A DNA stretch of 64,000 nucleotides, taken from Nemertoderma westbladi. Its lineage: Eukaryota; Animalia; Xenacoelomorpha. This document shows, piece by piece, positions 25,166-38,235 of this stretch; position 1 is the stretch's first letter; the number at the start of each line of letters is the position of its first letter. The notes under the pieces are model-generated. The model was not told where the DNA came from. It worked only from the letters and a program-made list of their open reading frames with translations, and did no database searches. The position numbers were made by a program, and so were the translations under genes. The stretch is taken from assembly GCA_032718475.1 (NCBI GenBank), contig JAUCBJ010007524.1:124001-188000 (forward strand), in the 5' to 3' direction.

Positions 25166-26049
25166 TAGCCTACTTCATACCATGAAGTACACTGTAAAAA
25201 AAGCTTAATCAATTATATGCACTGGGCCGTGGTGAATCGCCCCAGCAACTGGAATATTTGAAGCTACGCTTTACGGTATGTTTATTAGCAAATGTATTTA
25301 TATAATGTACATTACATCACCTATCACCTATATACTTTCTCAAAAATGCCTATGCCCTATATAGACCTCTGGCATATACTTATTATTACGCTTATACATA
25401 TAGCGATTCCCGATCGACTGAACGAGCAGCATCCTGAACCGATATTAACGCGATGTCAAGCTCACCAGTTCCTTAGATACAACGAGGGAGGTTACCCGAT
25501 GAGCAACCCGATGATCAGTATCGACTTTAGCGGAAAGCGACCTCCGAGACCCATTACGCCGACCGTTACGACTTTAGATCCGTATACGGAGATTAAACCC
25601 TGTTCGACACCCGCTTTGATAGAGACGGCAGCGGCCATATACCGAGCCTATAAGGACCTAGAGTTACTGCAAATTACAATCCGAACTATGATTTCTACCC
25701 TTTTGATTAATGGTTCTATGTGATTAAGATGCGATAATCCCACGGGATTTTCTTTAGACTGTCAGACTGTTTGTGATTGCATGCGCCGTTACTGTAGCTA
25801 TTCATTCTAATGGAGGGCTAAGGTACCGGTAGGGGCGGCGGGTGCACCGGGGGGGGGGGGGGGGGTAGCGACGAAGGGAGTGCAGAGGATTCAAGAGCGA
25901 GCAACGCTGGCGGGGGGTCACCGTTGTGGTCGGAAGGCTAGCAGTGTAGAGAGAAGACCGGTCGCCGGTACAGTAATTAGGGGGCTGACGATCCAGATTT
26001 TGTCTCTATTTTGTAGTGTTAGGGGGGCAGGAATCGGGTTAGTTAGGAA

Positions 26050-28723
26050 AAGTGGATGAGAAGGTGACACCTAAATGTTTGTAAGACTCTACCATAGGTA
26101 GGGCAGTATTATTGTAATAGACTGGCAAAGTCTGGTATGGGATACTACCAGCCATTGTCATTACTACTGTTTTGGATGGGTTAATTGTAACAAGCCATTT
26201 AAGTGCGCACTAATGAAGTGAACAGAGGTCTGTGTTTATAAAATGGGCCCTAACTGAAGGATGCTGTAATCGAGTGTACAATGACGTATCATCTGCAAAA
26301 AGTGATGCCGTGGATTTCAATACATCGATTAAATCATCGATATAAATAAGGAATAGCAGTGGACCCAAGATGCTGCCTTGCTAAAATAAGCTAAAATAAG
26401 CATATATACAGATGCAACGCCATCGAGTACAACCCGCTGGTAACGTCCCGACAGGTAACTTGCAAACCAACCTAGCAACCTCCCACGGATCCCAATTCGT
26501 TCTAGCTTGTGCAATAGGCCTTGATGCCATACACGGTCAAACGCTTTCGATATATCACAGAAAATAATATGTGACACATCGCCGTCGTCCCATGCACGGC
26601 ACCAGTCATCATAAAGTTGTAGTAAACGGTACACACAACCATCTCCAGATATTAAACCAGACTGATGTTCAGAAAGTTTATTACGTAGAAATTCCCAGAG
26701 ATGTTTACGAACGACAGTTTCAAATACCTTGGATAAAATGCAGAGCAATGAAATTGGCCGATAGTTGGAGCAATAGTATGTTTCGTTATTCTTAAAGACT
26801 GGGCTTACGTTAGAGTATTTCCAAAGGGAGGGAAATGTTGATGTTAGTAATGAGATATTAAATAACACTGCTAGCAATGATGATATACTTGTACGTATAG
26901 CTTTGATTACCTTGGGGCCAATGCCGTCTGGACCAGACGCTTTATCAGATGACAAACTAGTTAGTGATTCCAGAACGTCTTCCTCACTAATTGTTATATT
27001 TTCTAAGATTGTAATATTTTCATTTTCATAGTCCAGTATAGGCAGAGGGTTCAATGGAGATAGTAGTTTTGTTTGATCAATAAAGAAGTTATTTAAGAGT
27101 TCAGTTTTTGCACTAGCCTCAACAAGACATGTATTGTTTTCGATTAGGAATGGTATATTAGTAACTTTTGTTTTCCCAAGGGTATTCTTTGCGAAAGAAT
27201 ACTACTCTTTTTGTGTCATTTGACCACTAGTACTTAGCTTATCATACATTTTACGATTGTATGCATTTTTTGCAATCCGCACTTGTTGAATAACATGATT
27301 TCTAAGTCTGCGATATTCGTTCCACTCCATTGAATCATCTTGCGTTTTTAATGCTTTTTTATGGCATTTCTCACGTTTTCTAAAAAGTTGACGCAGAAAT
27401 GGTGTGATCCATTTAGGATCGGTTGATCGTGATTTTACTACTTTATTAGGTATAAACTTGTTAATTTCCTCCTTAAGGCAATCATTTAATTTTTGTGCTA
27501 TTTCGTTAGGATCTCTACTGTCTATAGCCGAAGTAAAGTCGTAACCCGAAATAAATAACGAAAAACTTTCCCAATTTGCTTTAGCAAAATCAAATATGGA
27601 TCTGCTGTATAAAGGTGGAGGTTTAATTTTACAATTAATTGTTATATAAACAGGTTTGTGATCTGAAATGAAACCTCCATCCTCATACTGCAGGAGAGGG
27701 TGGGTGCCATAGTCCAGAGTTAGTGCAGGTTTGTCAGAGAACACCAAGTCTAAGCAGGTGTTGCTAATGGGACGAGTTACTTCATGAATGTATTGTGTAA
27801 ATCCTGTTTGTGCAGCAAATTGCTGGACTGGTAGAGAATCGCCAGATAAACAGTTACTATTAAAATCGCCTGATAGGACAATACAATCGTAATTATTTGA
27901 TTTTCTTATATCTTCAATTACCTCTGACAGTTTCCCCCAAAGCGATGATGGCGGCGTTGATGGCACATAAACAGAAATAACCAAAAATCTTAACTTGCAA
28001 TGGTAGATTTCAATGAAAATAGCATCCATGGTGCTATTCTCGAACGATGTCCTCCGTTTGTGAGGGATACTTTCCTTAATCAGTACCCCCACACCTCCGT
28101 AGTTATCACTACATTGCTTACTATAGAATTTATATGGAGATGTATTTAACTTGTCTTTATTTTTATTTTCGGATGAATTATTAAACCAAATTTCATTTAG
28201 GCAAAAGATATCAATACCAAGATCACATGCTGTTTGATAAATGCTGTCAATTTTCTCCATTGATACGATGTTGCTAGTTGGTATCCTTGGTAGTAGACTA
28301 CGAACATTTAACTGGTAAATAGAAAATGGTCCAGGGTTAGATTGAACATCACCTGATAGATCAATAATATTTTTTGTGTAATGTTAATTCTCGCCTGGTT
28401 TCAAATGAAACGTTTCAGTACAGCTGATCTGTTTGTATTTATATGGCCGAGGACAGCCACTGCGGGGGACGTCCGTAGACGAGCAGGGGCATCCCCAGCA
28501 ACGGCCACAACTGGCCTCAAAGCCAGCGGTAAAATGGAAGGTATTAACCCTAACGTCTCACCAATATGTCGAGATGAACTACATAGTATCTGAGTATTAC
28601 TGTGGTGAGCAGTAATACAATATTAAAGTTTAGGAGCAGGATGCAAAAGTAACACAAGGAAGAGTGATAGTAAAGTAAAAAATAATGCACAATGTCGATT
28701 AGCAATCATTATAAGCATAAACA
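26050..28723 (-). pseudogene. CR1-group LINE ORF2, duplicated unit 2
   Basis: ORFs 27202-28260 and 26329-27054 translate identically to unit 1; 2A-like motif at 28327-28356. Confidence 0.9.
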
Positions 28724-29744
28724 ATTCAGCAACTTGTCTGACGGTTATGTAATATGTTTATAATTGATGCTAGGCTAGAAAGGTAAAATTAATACAATGT
28801 ATGTACGTATGTATATTAGGGTGGTCCACAAATGTACAAAAAACACTCCATTTGTAGACTACCCCAATGTGTATAGATAGATAGATAGGTATATATATAT
28901 ATATACAAAATGCAATACATGCATGTATCGCATCAATAGTACTTTTAACAATATTTCGTAATTCACAATTATTGTTTCGTAATAATTACTTTACAATCTT
29001 CAAAATAGTTCCTGACTACTCCACCATAGTTACGCAACAGTTACTTCACAATATTTTAGTATCAATTACTAACATTGTTTCGTAACAATTACATCACAAT
29101 TGTTTAGAATCAATTACTTACAATAGTTTCGTAACAATTAAATAGTTTCGTAACAATTAAATAGTTTCGTAACAATTACATCACAATTATTTAGAATCAA
29201 TTACTTACAATAGTTTCGTAACAATTAAATAGTTTCGTAACAATTAAATAGTTTCGTAACAATTACATCACAATTGTTTAGAATCAATTACTTACAATAG
29301 TTTCGTAACAATTAAATAGTTTCGTAACAATTAAATAGTTTCGTAACAATTACATCACAATTGTTTAGAATCAATTACTTACAATAGTTTCGTAACAATT
29401 AATTCACAATAGTTTCATAACAAATGCTTCACAATAGTTCCCTAACTACTTCGCAGTCAGGGAATTACTTCACAATAGCAATTATTCACAATAGCGTCGT
29501 AACAATAGTTCAGTAACTACTTTACAATAGTTTCGTAGTAATTAGCCTACTTCATACCATGAAGTACACTGTAAAAAAAGCTTAATTATATGCACTGGGC
29601 CGTGGTGAATCGCCCCAGCAACTGGAATATTTGAAGCTACGCTTTACGGTATGTTTATTAGCAAATGTATTTATATAATGTACATTACATCACCTATCAC
29701 CTATATACTTTCTCAAAAATGCCTATGCCCTGCCCTATATTGCA

Positions 29745-31070
29745 ATTTTTTTGTGCGCTATTATGTTTAAGTGCCCTGGCAGGAACTGACAGTAGCGGTA
29801 GCTAGTAATGCCGGTTCCTGCCATCGGTCAATCAGGGGTGGGTGGGGGAGGGGGGAGGGGGGGGAGGGGGGGGGGGGGAGAATTTCAAGGGATGCCGCCA
29901 GCCACTACTAAGTTCAATTCTGCTATATCCATAACCATAACCAATAGTTGTATTCCAACTATTTTTTACCTGTGATATCTGTTGTAAATAATTAAATTCT
30001 TATTTTTTGGAAGATTAGGTTTGATATTTATTTGTATTTAATTTATATCATTTTTGTTTTTACTGTAGTTCATTAATTAATTTGATTTTTAGTTTCCTAC
30101 CTAGTGTTTTTTTCGATTTGCTTTGTTTTATGTCGGTGTCTAAGGAGTTCCAGACAATGGCGCCGTGATATTTTAATGAATTTTGAGTTAGTAATAGTCG
30201 GGTCCGAGGTATAAAGTAGTTTTGGCGTGTCGTTGATCGAGTATTGTAAGTATGTAAAGTGGATGTTTGTTGGAACAATGATGTTATAAAAGATCGTTTT
30301 TTGTTATTACGGATTTCCCAGATTAGTTTAGCTGTTTCAAGTATGTGTAATTTGTCTATAGGTAGTATATTTAATTGTCTGTATAGTGGTGGTGCATGTT
30401 TCCGGTAGTGACTGAAGGTAATTGCTCTAATTAATTTGTTTATTTTAGTTTTAATCGGATTAATATGAACATGTTTAGCAGTTCCCCAGATCACTATACC
30501 GTACGTAATATATGGTTGTATCAAAGCGTAGTAAAGTAATTTCATAATGCCTAATGGTAGGATGTGACGTAATTTGAAGAAGATACCTATAGATTTTGAG
30601 ATTTTTTTTAGTACATACGCGCAGTGATTTTTCCATGTAAGTTTGTTATCTATCCATATTCCTAAAAATTTTGTTTGAGTTACTTTCTTGATTGGTAAGT
30701 TTTGCATATTTATATTGTTATTTATAGGTTCCTTTTTAAATGTAAAAATTAGGTGTTCTGTTTTTTTAAGGTTTAAAGAGAGCTGATTGTCAGTAAGCCA
30801 TTGTTCGACCTTTTGGAGTTCTGTGTTTACAGTGTCAGTCAGTATGGTCGGGTCTGTATGGCTGTAATGTAGGTTAGTGTCGTCTGCGAATAGGGTTGCT
30901 AGAAGTGTTGTACAATTGGGTAAGTCGTTAATGTAAAGTAGGAATAAAGTGGCGCTCAGTGTTGCTCCTTGTGGGGTTCCACAGGGAGACAGTATCGGTT
31001 CTGATTTTGTGTTGCCTATTGAAACAAAATGTGTGCGGTTATTTAAGAAACTGGATATTAGTTAAGAGAC
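29745..31070 (-). mobile_element. 5'-truncated CR1/L2-group LINE (RT C-terminus and 3' UTR)
   Basis: Minus strand GTPQGATL, LYINDLP, LFADDT, KFLGIWID, YGIVIWG; ORF 30060-30707; 3' UTR with C-tract and stem-loop. Confidence 0.88.
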
Positions 31071-31296
31071 ATTGTGCAATACGAAAAATGAAGAAATGCA
31101 ATCTGACATCTTGCTTAGCTTTGGTCTGATACTGTATTTTAAAATAGGAAAGCGGTGCTTCAGCTGTCCAAAAGTCTGTTCAATAACAACCCGATTTCTG
31201 GGATTGAATTTATTGAAAAATCCCTGTTTTGCATTTTGTCTATTTTCATTTGGCTTTATTAGAATGGCGTTAGGCCATAACTTGAATCACCTAACA
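31071..31296 (-). pseudogene. PIF/Harbinger (HARBI1-like DDE) transposase fragment
   Basis: Minus strand LGDSSYGLTP ... RVVIEQTFGQLKHRFPIL ... FFVLHN matches the DDE_Tnp_4 motifs GDSGY, RxxIExxFGxLKxRF and LHN. Confidence 0.8.
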
Positions 31297-32380
31297 CCCT
31301 TTGCTTGCTATAGCCGACAAAGTGTCTGAGAGAACATTGGAAACAGTTGGCTGAGAAACTCCCATCACCTGCGTAACAGATATCTGGAACCGAGGATCAG
31401 AAAGATAGCCTAATGTCTCTTCCATCTTAATGTATAGGATTTAGCTCCACCACATAGACATGGTAGCCAGGTTCTATCAAGCCTTTCTGGGTAGCACTTT
31501 GGTCCAACCCGAAGAATTGAAAACATGCTGATGTAAGAATGAATAGACTGAAACCACAAAGTATGACCCCTTTGTGGTAATTCCAATGAATAAATAGTTT
31601 TTAAACATTAAATTTAACAAAATCCAACAGTTTAAATATTCTCAATAACCCACTACAGCACCCCAGAGATGCTTGGAAAATCAGCAACCTTTGACGAGTT
31701 AATCCAAGTAATAGGCATTTTTATTTATAAGAACTCTAGCAGGTGGTGGTTTTCTTAGAAATTGCTAGATCGTTTACTATTATTATTATTCTTTAATCCG
31801 CACCAGGGGCATATTCTACTGTACAAGGTTTATATTAAATTAGCACACAGTAAAAAAAGGAAATATATTTGATTAAAATACAGTCTTACACTAAAACTAT
31901 GCACCTAAGAAACCATGCGTCTACTGCACACAGGTGCTGAGGGTAAATCAAAAAAACCTTGTGTAAGGTCTACAAGAGTTAAAAACAATGTTCATTATTT
32001 GATTGTTCGAGTTCATTACTCGATTCCTCAGACTCCAACTGGCCTTATTAATAATTAATAATTATTGATTATATGATTGATTAATTATTGTTAACTATAA
32101 AAGGTAACCAACCATTTTGCTTTTTATTAATAGGAATGCAAGAAAAGGGTGTGAAAACTCCAAGCAAAAGCAATTGCTAGTTTTTATTAATACGCCTATG
32201 TCTGTCATTAACTCTCTCATATTATATTACTAACGATTATTCAATATGTCTGTATTAATGTATATTCAATTAGTACGTGTTCCCATTTAAAATATGCATA
32301 CCAACCCTTACATATGATTCACAAATTCTTATATGTACTTCTGCTATTAGCTTTGTATTAATATATATTTCTTTGTACGT

Positions 32381-32750
32381 ACTGATACTGGTACTGATAC
32401 TGGTACTGATACTGGTACTGATACTGGTACTGATACTGGTACTGATACTGGTACTGATACTGGTACTGATACTGGTACTGATAGTGGTACTGATACTGGT
32501 ACTGATACTGGTACTGATACTGGTACTGATACTGGTACTGATACTGGTACTGATACTGGTACTGATACTGGTACTGATACTGGTACTGATACTGGTACTG
32601 ATACTGGTACTGATACTGGTACTGATACTGGTACTGATACTGGTACTGATACTGGTACTGATACTGGTACTGATACTGGTACTGATACTGGTACTGGTAC
32701 TGATACTGGTACTGATACTGGTACTGATACTGGTACTGATACTGGTACTG
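32381..32750. repeat. 12-bp minisatellite (ACTGATACTGGT)n, ~31 copies
   Basis: Near-perfect tandem array. Confidence 0.97.
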
Positions 32751-33101
32751 TATGTACGTGTAGATTTAAGAAAAATCTCGAGGAAGACATAAATATTATT
32801 ATTCAAACGAGTTAAGTAAAGAGGTAGGAATTCATTAAATCTCGCTCTTCTCTTTACTTATTAGCTTAAATAATAATAATAATGTTAAATTATAGTTTAT
32901 AAAATAAATTCATACTTTAGATGTTCAAAAAGGGGTATATGTATATAAGTAAACAAAAAGTTAGTAAAACCGAAATTTCAAGGCAATGGTACTTGGAAAT
33001 TTAATATTGTCCACTACAATAGTTTGAATTATTCCTTCGCATGGAATCCAATGACAGATTCATCTTTCTACCTGTAGTGTTGCAACAGGTTCATAAGTTA
33101 T

Positions 33102-33210
33102 TTATGATCGTCGGTAAATCCCCAAGAACCGACAGCAATGCGGGCATCTGTGTTGTACGTCTTTACACTCGTCAACAACCAGTGGAATCAAACAACAACC
33201 AAATATGCAC
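33102..33210 (-). CDS. LITAF: LITAF-family gene, coding exon 3 (CIFGCCLIPLVVDECKDVQHRCPHCCRFLGIYRRS*)
   Basis: CAG acceptor at 33211-33213, phase 2 matches exon 2; HxCxxC half of the LITAF zinc domain; TAA at 33102-33104. Confidence 0.9.
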
Positions 33211-33589
33211 CTGTACAGATAATGATGTTAATTAATTTAAATAAAATCACATACATATGACAGATTTGGAGATTTGCAAACCTTTACATAGAATCTGATA
33301 ATCGTCTGTTATGCCATTTATGTATTAAGGTTTGGGATATTATAAAATAGTTTCATATTTTATTCTACAATGCCATGATTTATTGACCAGTTAAATATTA
33401 TTATATTTCTAATTTCAGAAGGTAATGTTGGAGATTCAACTAATTTTGTAAAACAATGTATACATTCCAGTATAGTGGGCTTCACTAACGATTTTAATGA
33501 TGGGAGAGCCAGGTGAACTTGGGGATTAAACGTCAAAATAAATATAGTTTTATTTTGCTTACGGGCATGGATTACTCACAAAGCCAAAG

Positions 33590-34140
33590 CCATGGAACCC
33601 CCCAGTAGTGGGACACGACAGAATGTGGGTTGTAGAAAATCGTGACCCACAGACATAATGAGAGGGGAGATTCCTTTGCGACTACCCATAACGGAGACAA
33701 ACGGCATTGTCCTCCTTGGACTCCTCCTTGGAAAGGTGAATGTCATGTAGCAATAGAGGTTTGTAGTTCAGCCAGGCAGACGCACGTTTCTCTGTAGACA
33801 GTAGGCATAACCTGTACTGTTGTTCTTCTAACTGGTTGTACACATCCTCCTTTTTAGCCTTTGCTACCATGGAGGAGGAGGCTTTCACCAACTTAGAAAC
33901 ATGCGTCTGCTCTTCCCTGTCTACCGCCATCGACTCACCCTCCAAGGAGACAAACGGATCGCAAACCTGGGATCTCCAAACCTAACTGGAAGCGACAACA
34001 GCCGTCGTTCAACCCTGCATTACTGACGGCCGCTCCAACAGCCTACAAAGAAACCGCTCCACCGATTCCTATAGCGAATCGAAGCTGTCCGTTGTTCATG
34101 GAACTACTCGCGCTAGGAACACCAATGGCAGGAGCGACCA
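33590..34140 (-). pseudogene. Degenerate fragment of a CRE-like non-LTR retrotransposon ORF
   Basis: EKRASAWL...LSKEE...AVCLRYG resembles the GASSWL...F.DA.CLRYG region of CRE-clade elements. Confidence 0.5.
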
Positions 34141-35099
34141 AATACTAGGCCAGCATAGGAGCAGTGCGGATCGACTGTGGCGATGGTGGCGAGGTGATCT
34201 ACTACTACAGTCACCAACAGAGTGGCATGGGATCCGATCGGATCCAACACACTCTGACAGCTTCAAAAAAGCACAATGCTAACCTATGGAGATTTAGCAC
34301 TCTGTTTGATTCTGTTGGAGAAAATATTTCCAACAAGTTCTGTCTGTTGGAGCCCATCTGAATCTGTCTGAAATCCATCTGAAAGTGTTTGAAATTTCTG
34401 TTGGATGTTGTTGGAAGCTGTTTGAAGTTCTCTGAAGTTGTTTGAGGCCATCGGGATTTGTTGTAATTTGCCAATGCCGTACAAAAGGATAGTAAATTAA
34501 CAAAATGTCAATCACTTTAACTCTCAATTTGAAGTGATTGTGAGGGTGTGCCATTGTAAATTATAAACCGAAGCTAAGATTTGTTTCATTTAATTTAATC
34601 ATAACAATGTTTATTTACATAATTATATCGTTAATTATATCAATAAATTAACTAGCATGCATAAAGGAATATTAAATTCCTATCATATAAAATCCGATAA
34701 ATGGATATATTAACACCAACACGTTTTTAATGAAACGTTTGTAGAAATGTAAATAATTCTTTATAACTATATTAATTTCTTTCACTTAGGGCACTAAATG
34801 TATATATACTGTAAATAAACAGATTTAAACACAAACAGATTAAGCAAACAGTATGCATTTACTATGAGTGAAATAAAATATATATATATTTTTTTTTTTA
34901 TTATAAGAGCATCGAAGTAGAAAAGTTTGCACGTAATGCTTCTTCTAGCCCAACTATTTTCTCGCGCACCTACTGATCACATTTGATCAAAATCCATTCA
35001 CACAATAAAAAATAAAAAAATAAATATTCAAGTAGTTAGTTAGTTAGGTAGCGCCTGGAGCGCCGTTTATTTTCATATACTATAATACATAAATCATAT

Positions 35100-38000
35100 C
35101 ATATTTAAATCATATCTAAATCGTATTGCTAATACTAATATTATAACTATAACTATACTAATAATACTAATTCAGCCATAAACAATGTTACCAATAAAAC
35201 CATATAAAACAATGTGTTTCACAGACATTTTTAAATATAATGCAATATAATTAGTCCTAGGTTTCATATAACTTCAATACCTTAGTTATGTAACTGCACA
35301 AATCAAGTAGGTTGTTGTTATATAATAATGCATCAAGGTTATCAAAATTCATATTGGGGTAACTAGAACGCAAAGGTGTAGATAGTGGACAACAAATAAG
35401 AACATGTTTTTCATCTTGAATAGAAATATTATTACAGACACATACACGCTCGGGAGAGGGCGTCCGTGTCCAACGTCCAGTTTCAATTCTGAGTTTGTGA
35501 CTCATTAAACGGATACGTGTAAAAGCAACTCTTAAGTAATCAGGAATATATGGCTTACTTACACAATATATCGGGTGCACGGACATACCTTTATTCAAAA
35601 TAGTTCGATATGTATAAAATTTCGTACATTTATCCGGTTTATTAAAAATACGGCTAGACACTGCATCTAGGCCACTCGATTTGTCTACATGAGTAAGCAA
35701 CCTATAACCTGGACTATTAGCAGTCCTGCACAACTCCAACGCCTGTCTGAAGGGGGTGTCAATGTTGTACGTCATCGCTTTGGAGTAGAACCGCTGCCTT
35801 GATCTATGAATCCGATGTATTATGGGGGGGAGACCAACTTCTATCAAACACGGATCAGTTGGTGTCTGATCTCTGACGCCCAAAAGGGACTTTACCATAC
35901 GGTGATAATATTAGTCAACTACTTTCACGTTGTTTGTGAGCCATCCCTCTGACGCATACAGCAATGACGACATAACCCCAGCTTCAAGCACACGTTTCTT
36001 TAAAATAAATGGCATTGAAGAGTTTACAGTACAAAATATTATGAATTTATTCGTTGTTTCTTCAAACTTACGTTCTAATAATTTAAACACAGATGACATC
36101 TTGCCATCTTCTGTAAATAGGCTCCCTAGATACACATAACTAGTACAGTGTTCTACAATAATATCGTTACAATGTAAAGGTAATTTATCGTCCGTTGACC
36201 CGTTGACTACAAAAAACTTAGTTTTCTTTTTATTTATTACCATCCCAGATATGCTACAAAACTCACACAACGCAACTTTTTATTTAAATTCTCACGAATA
36301 CTTGCCAAAAGCACCGTATCGTCCATTAGAAGTAGGATATTTATTGCACCAATGAAACCATCGCGATCTATTACATTTTTTACCATTGTGACTAATCGAT
36401 TTAAGTAAATACAAAAAAGAATACAACTGGTTGGTGCGCCCTGGCGCACTCCAATAGAAACGAAAATTATTGCTGATTTTAATATACTCCTAGTACAACG
36501 ATATATTGCCTGAATCGCTAGCAACATAACCCTACCACAACCAAGACACTTTAAGTATTGAACCATTGCATCCCTCGGCACTCGGTCATAAGCTTTGCTA
36601 AAATCTACAAAAAGTAGAAAAGTTTTACTTTCTTGAACAGAGCTAAATCAATCAGCAGCCTCAAAGTTAGAATCTGCTCGATACAACCTCTGTTCTTTAA
36701 CCCCCCTGCTTGACATTTATCTATATTACACCACCTAAGAAGTCTAGAGTTCAATAATAAATCATATAATTTACCCAGTGAATCCATAATTGAAATCCCT
36801 CTATAATTGTCGCAAGAAGATCTACTACCTGATTTGAAAAGGACCACCAGTTTACTGATAACCCATGAGCTAGGATAACATATATTCTGAAAAACAATGT
36901 TAAAAATTGATAGCAATAGCAAAAGCCATTGACCCGGTAAAGCGGTGAGTATCCCCAGTCCAATTCCTATATAACCTTTATTAATTTTAATTTCGCTAAG
37001 CGCGTCTGCAAGTTCCCTTTCGGTGAAGGGGTCATCGACCTCTGGTATGTATGGGGATTCCAGAAATTCATCACTACCAGTTCGTGCGTTGTCTGTGTTC
37101 AATAATTTTTCGAAGTGATGTTTGAACTCGTCATCAGAAGGAGGGGGATTCGACGCGTCGTTTGATATTACGATATCATCAACTAGGTTTCCTTTCCAAT
37201 CCAATGCCGACCATATCGACTTCGAATTATTCTCGTTGAGAAGTTTTTCCCAACGTGAAGTTTTCGATACTAAGGGATCAACCAGTTCATCTGTAGGGCG
37301 AAGCCGGGCGTGCTCAGTCGCAGTTTCGTTTATTACCGACGACGCCACCGAGATAACCTCATCCAGTTGCTGCAAATCACCACACACGCGAGTCGAGGGG
37401 GGGACAATGGTTGACATCGCTGACATGAACGCCGCGCAATCGATGTCTTTATGGGAGGGACCTTTTGAAACCATGTTTACCGATTTATTTTCCCAGTGTG
37501 AACACCCCAAATCTTGGCTACGTTGACCCAGGTTTACAATATCGGTTGGGATAGAGTCTAGAGACAGTTGAATCGAAAGTGGGGCGTGGTCTGAGATGCG
37601 AAGTGTCTGGTCAACACGCAGATCTGACACCATGCCGGCGCATCCCTTGGAGGCGATACACAAATCGATTTCAGAAATCCAATTTTCTTTTTTCCGATAC
37701 GAGAGGTTGCCGCGAAGATGTAAACTTCCATAACTCAGGTTATTCATTACACATGAATCTGTCGCCAAACAAATGTTACGCATCCTCGTACCACTAGAAA
37801 TAACTACAACATCAGTAACATCTTTATAAGTCGCCTGCACACCATCCAACTCTGTGTTAACTAACTGCCAACTCTGGCATTAAAGTCTCCCAATGCTATC
37901 ACTTTCTCTCCCGATCTGAGTATACTGTGTAAGTTTGAGAACGATACTGCATTGAAATATAAGGAATCTGCTGGAGCAATGTAACAACCACCGATTATAT

Positions 38001-38235
38001 ATCCTGGTAAACATGACATATGTACCCAAATCTGGTCCTCCTTCGTCCTATCAACATCCACAATGACATTAACTAGATCATTTTTTATCAATAATAAGAT
38101 TCCACCACAGTTAGCAAACTGGGAAGGATTGCTGTAAGTTTTAAACACTGGTACATTAATTCTCGATTTAGTTTTTATCTCCTGTATAAATATTAAGTCA
38201 AATTTGTGCAAATATGCAAGAGTGCCAGGTACATT
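35100..38235 (-). mobile_element. Near full-length LINE ORF2 (APE, RT, C-terminal CCHC; RTE-X-like), frameshifted, in LITAF intron 2
   Basis: FIQEIKT, GCYIAP, LGDFNARVG, SDHAP, NYRGISI, GVRQG, LMDD, YLGS, SHKLRIETGRW...CVC...DEKHVLICC; (TATTAG)-like tail at ~35130-35170. Confidence 0.88.

Larger units (their letters stand above)
21152..29740. repeat. ~4.25-kb tandem duplication (21152-~25362 and 25401-~29740)
   Basis: Both units start TAGCGATTCCCGATCGAC; identical 241-aa and 352-aa ORFs at offset 4259. Confidence 0.95.

Noticed and set aside
25292-25723. 143-aa ORF resembling ORF3
   Set aside because: Chimeric product of the duplication junction
32270-32806. Long ORFs (STSI)n, (VLIL)n, (VPVS)n
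   Set aside because: Artefacts of a stop-free 12-bp tandem repeat
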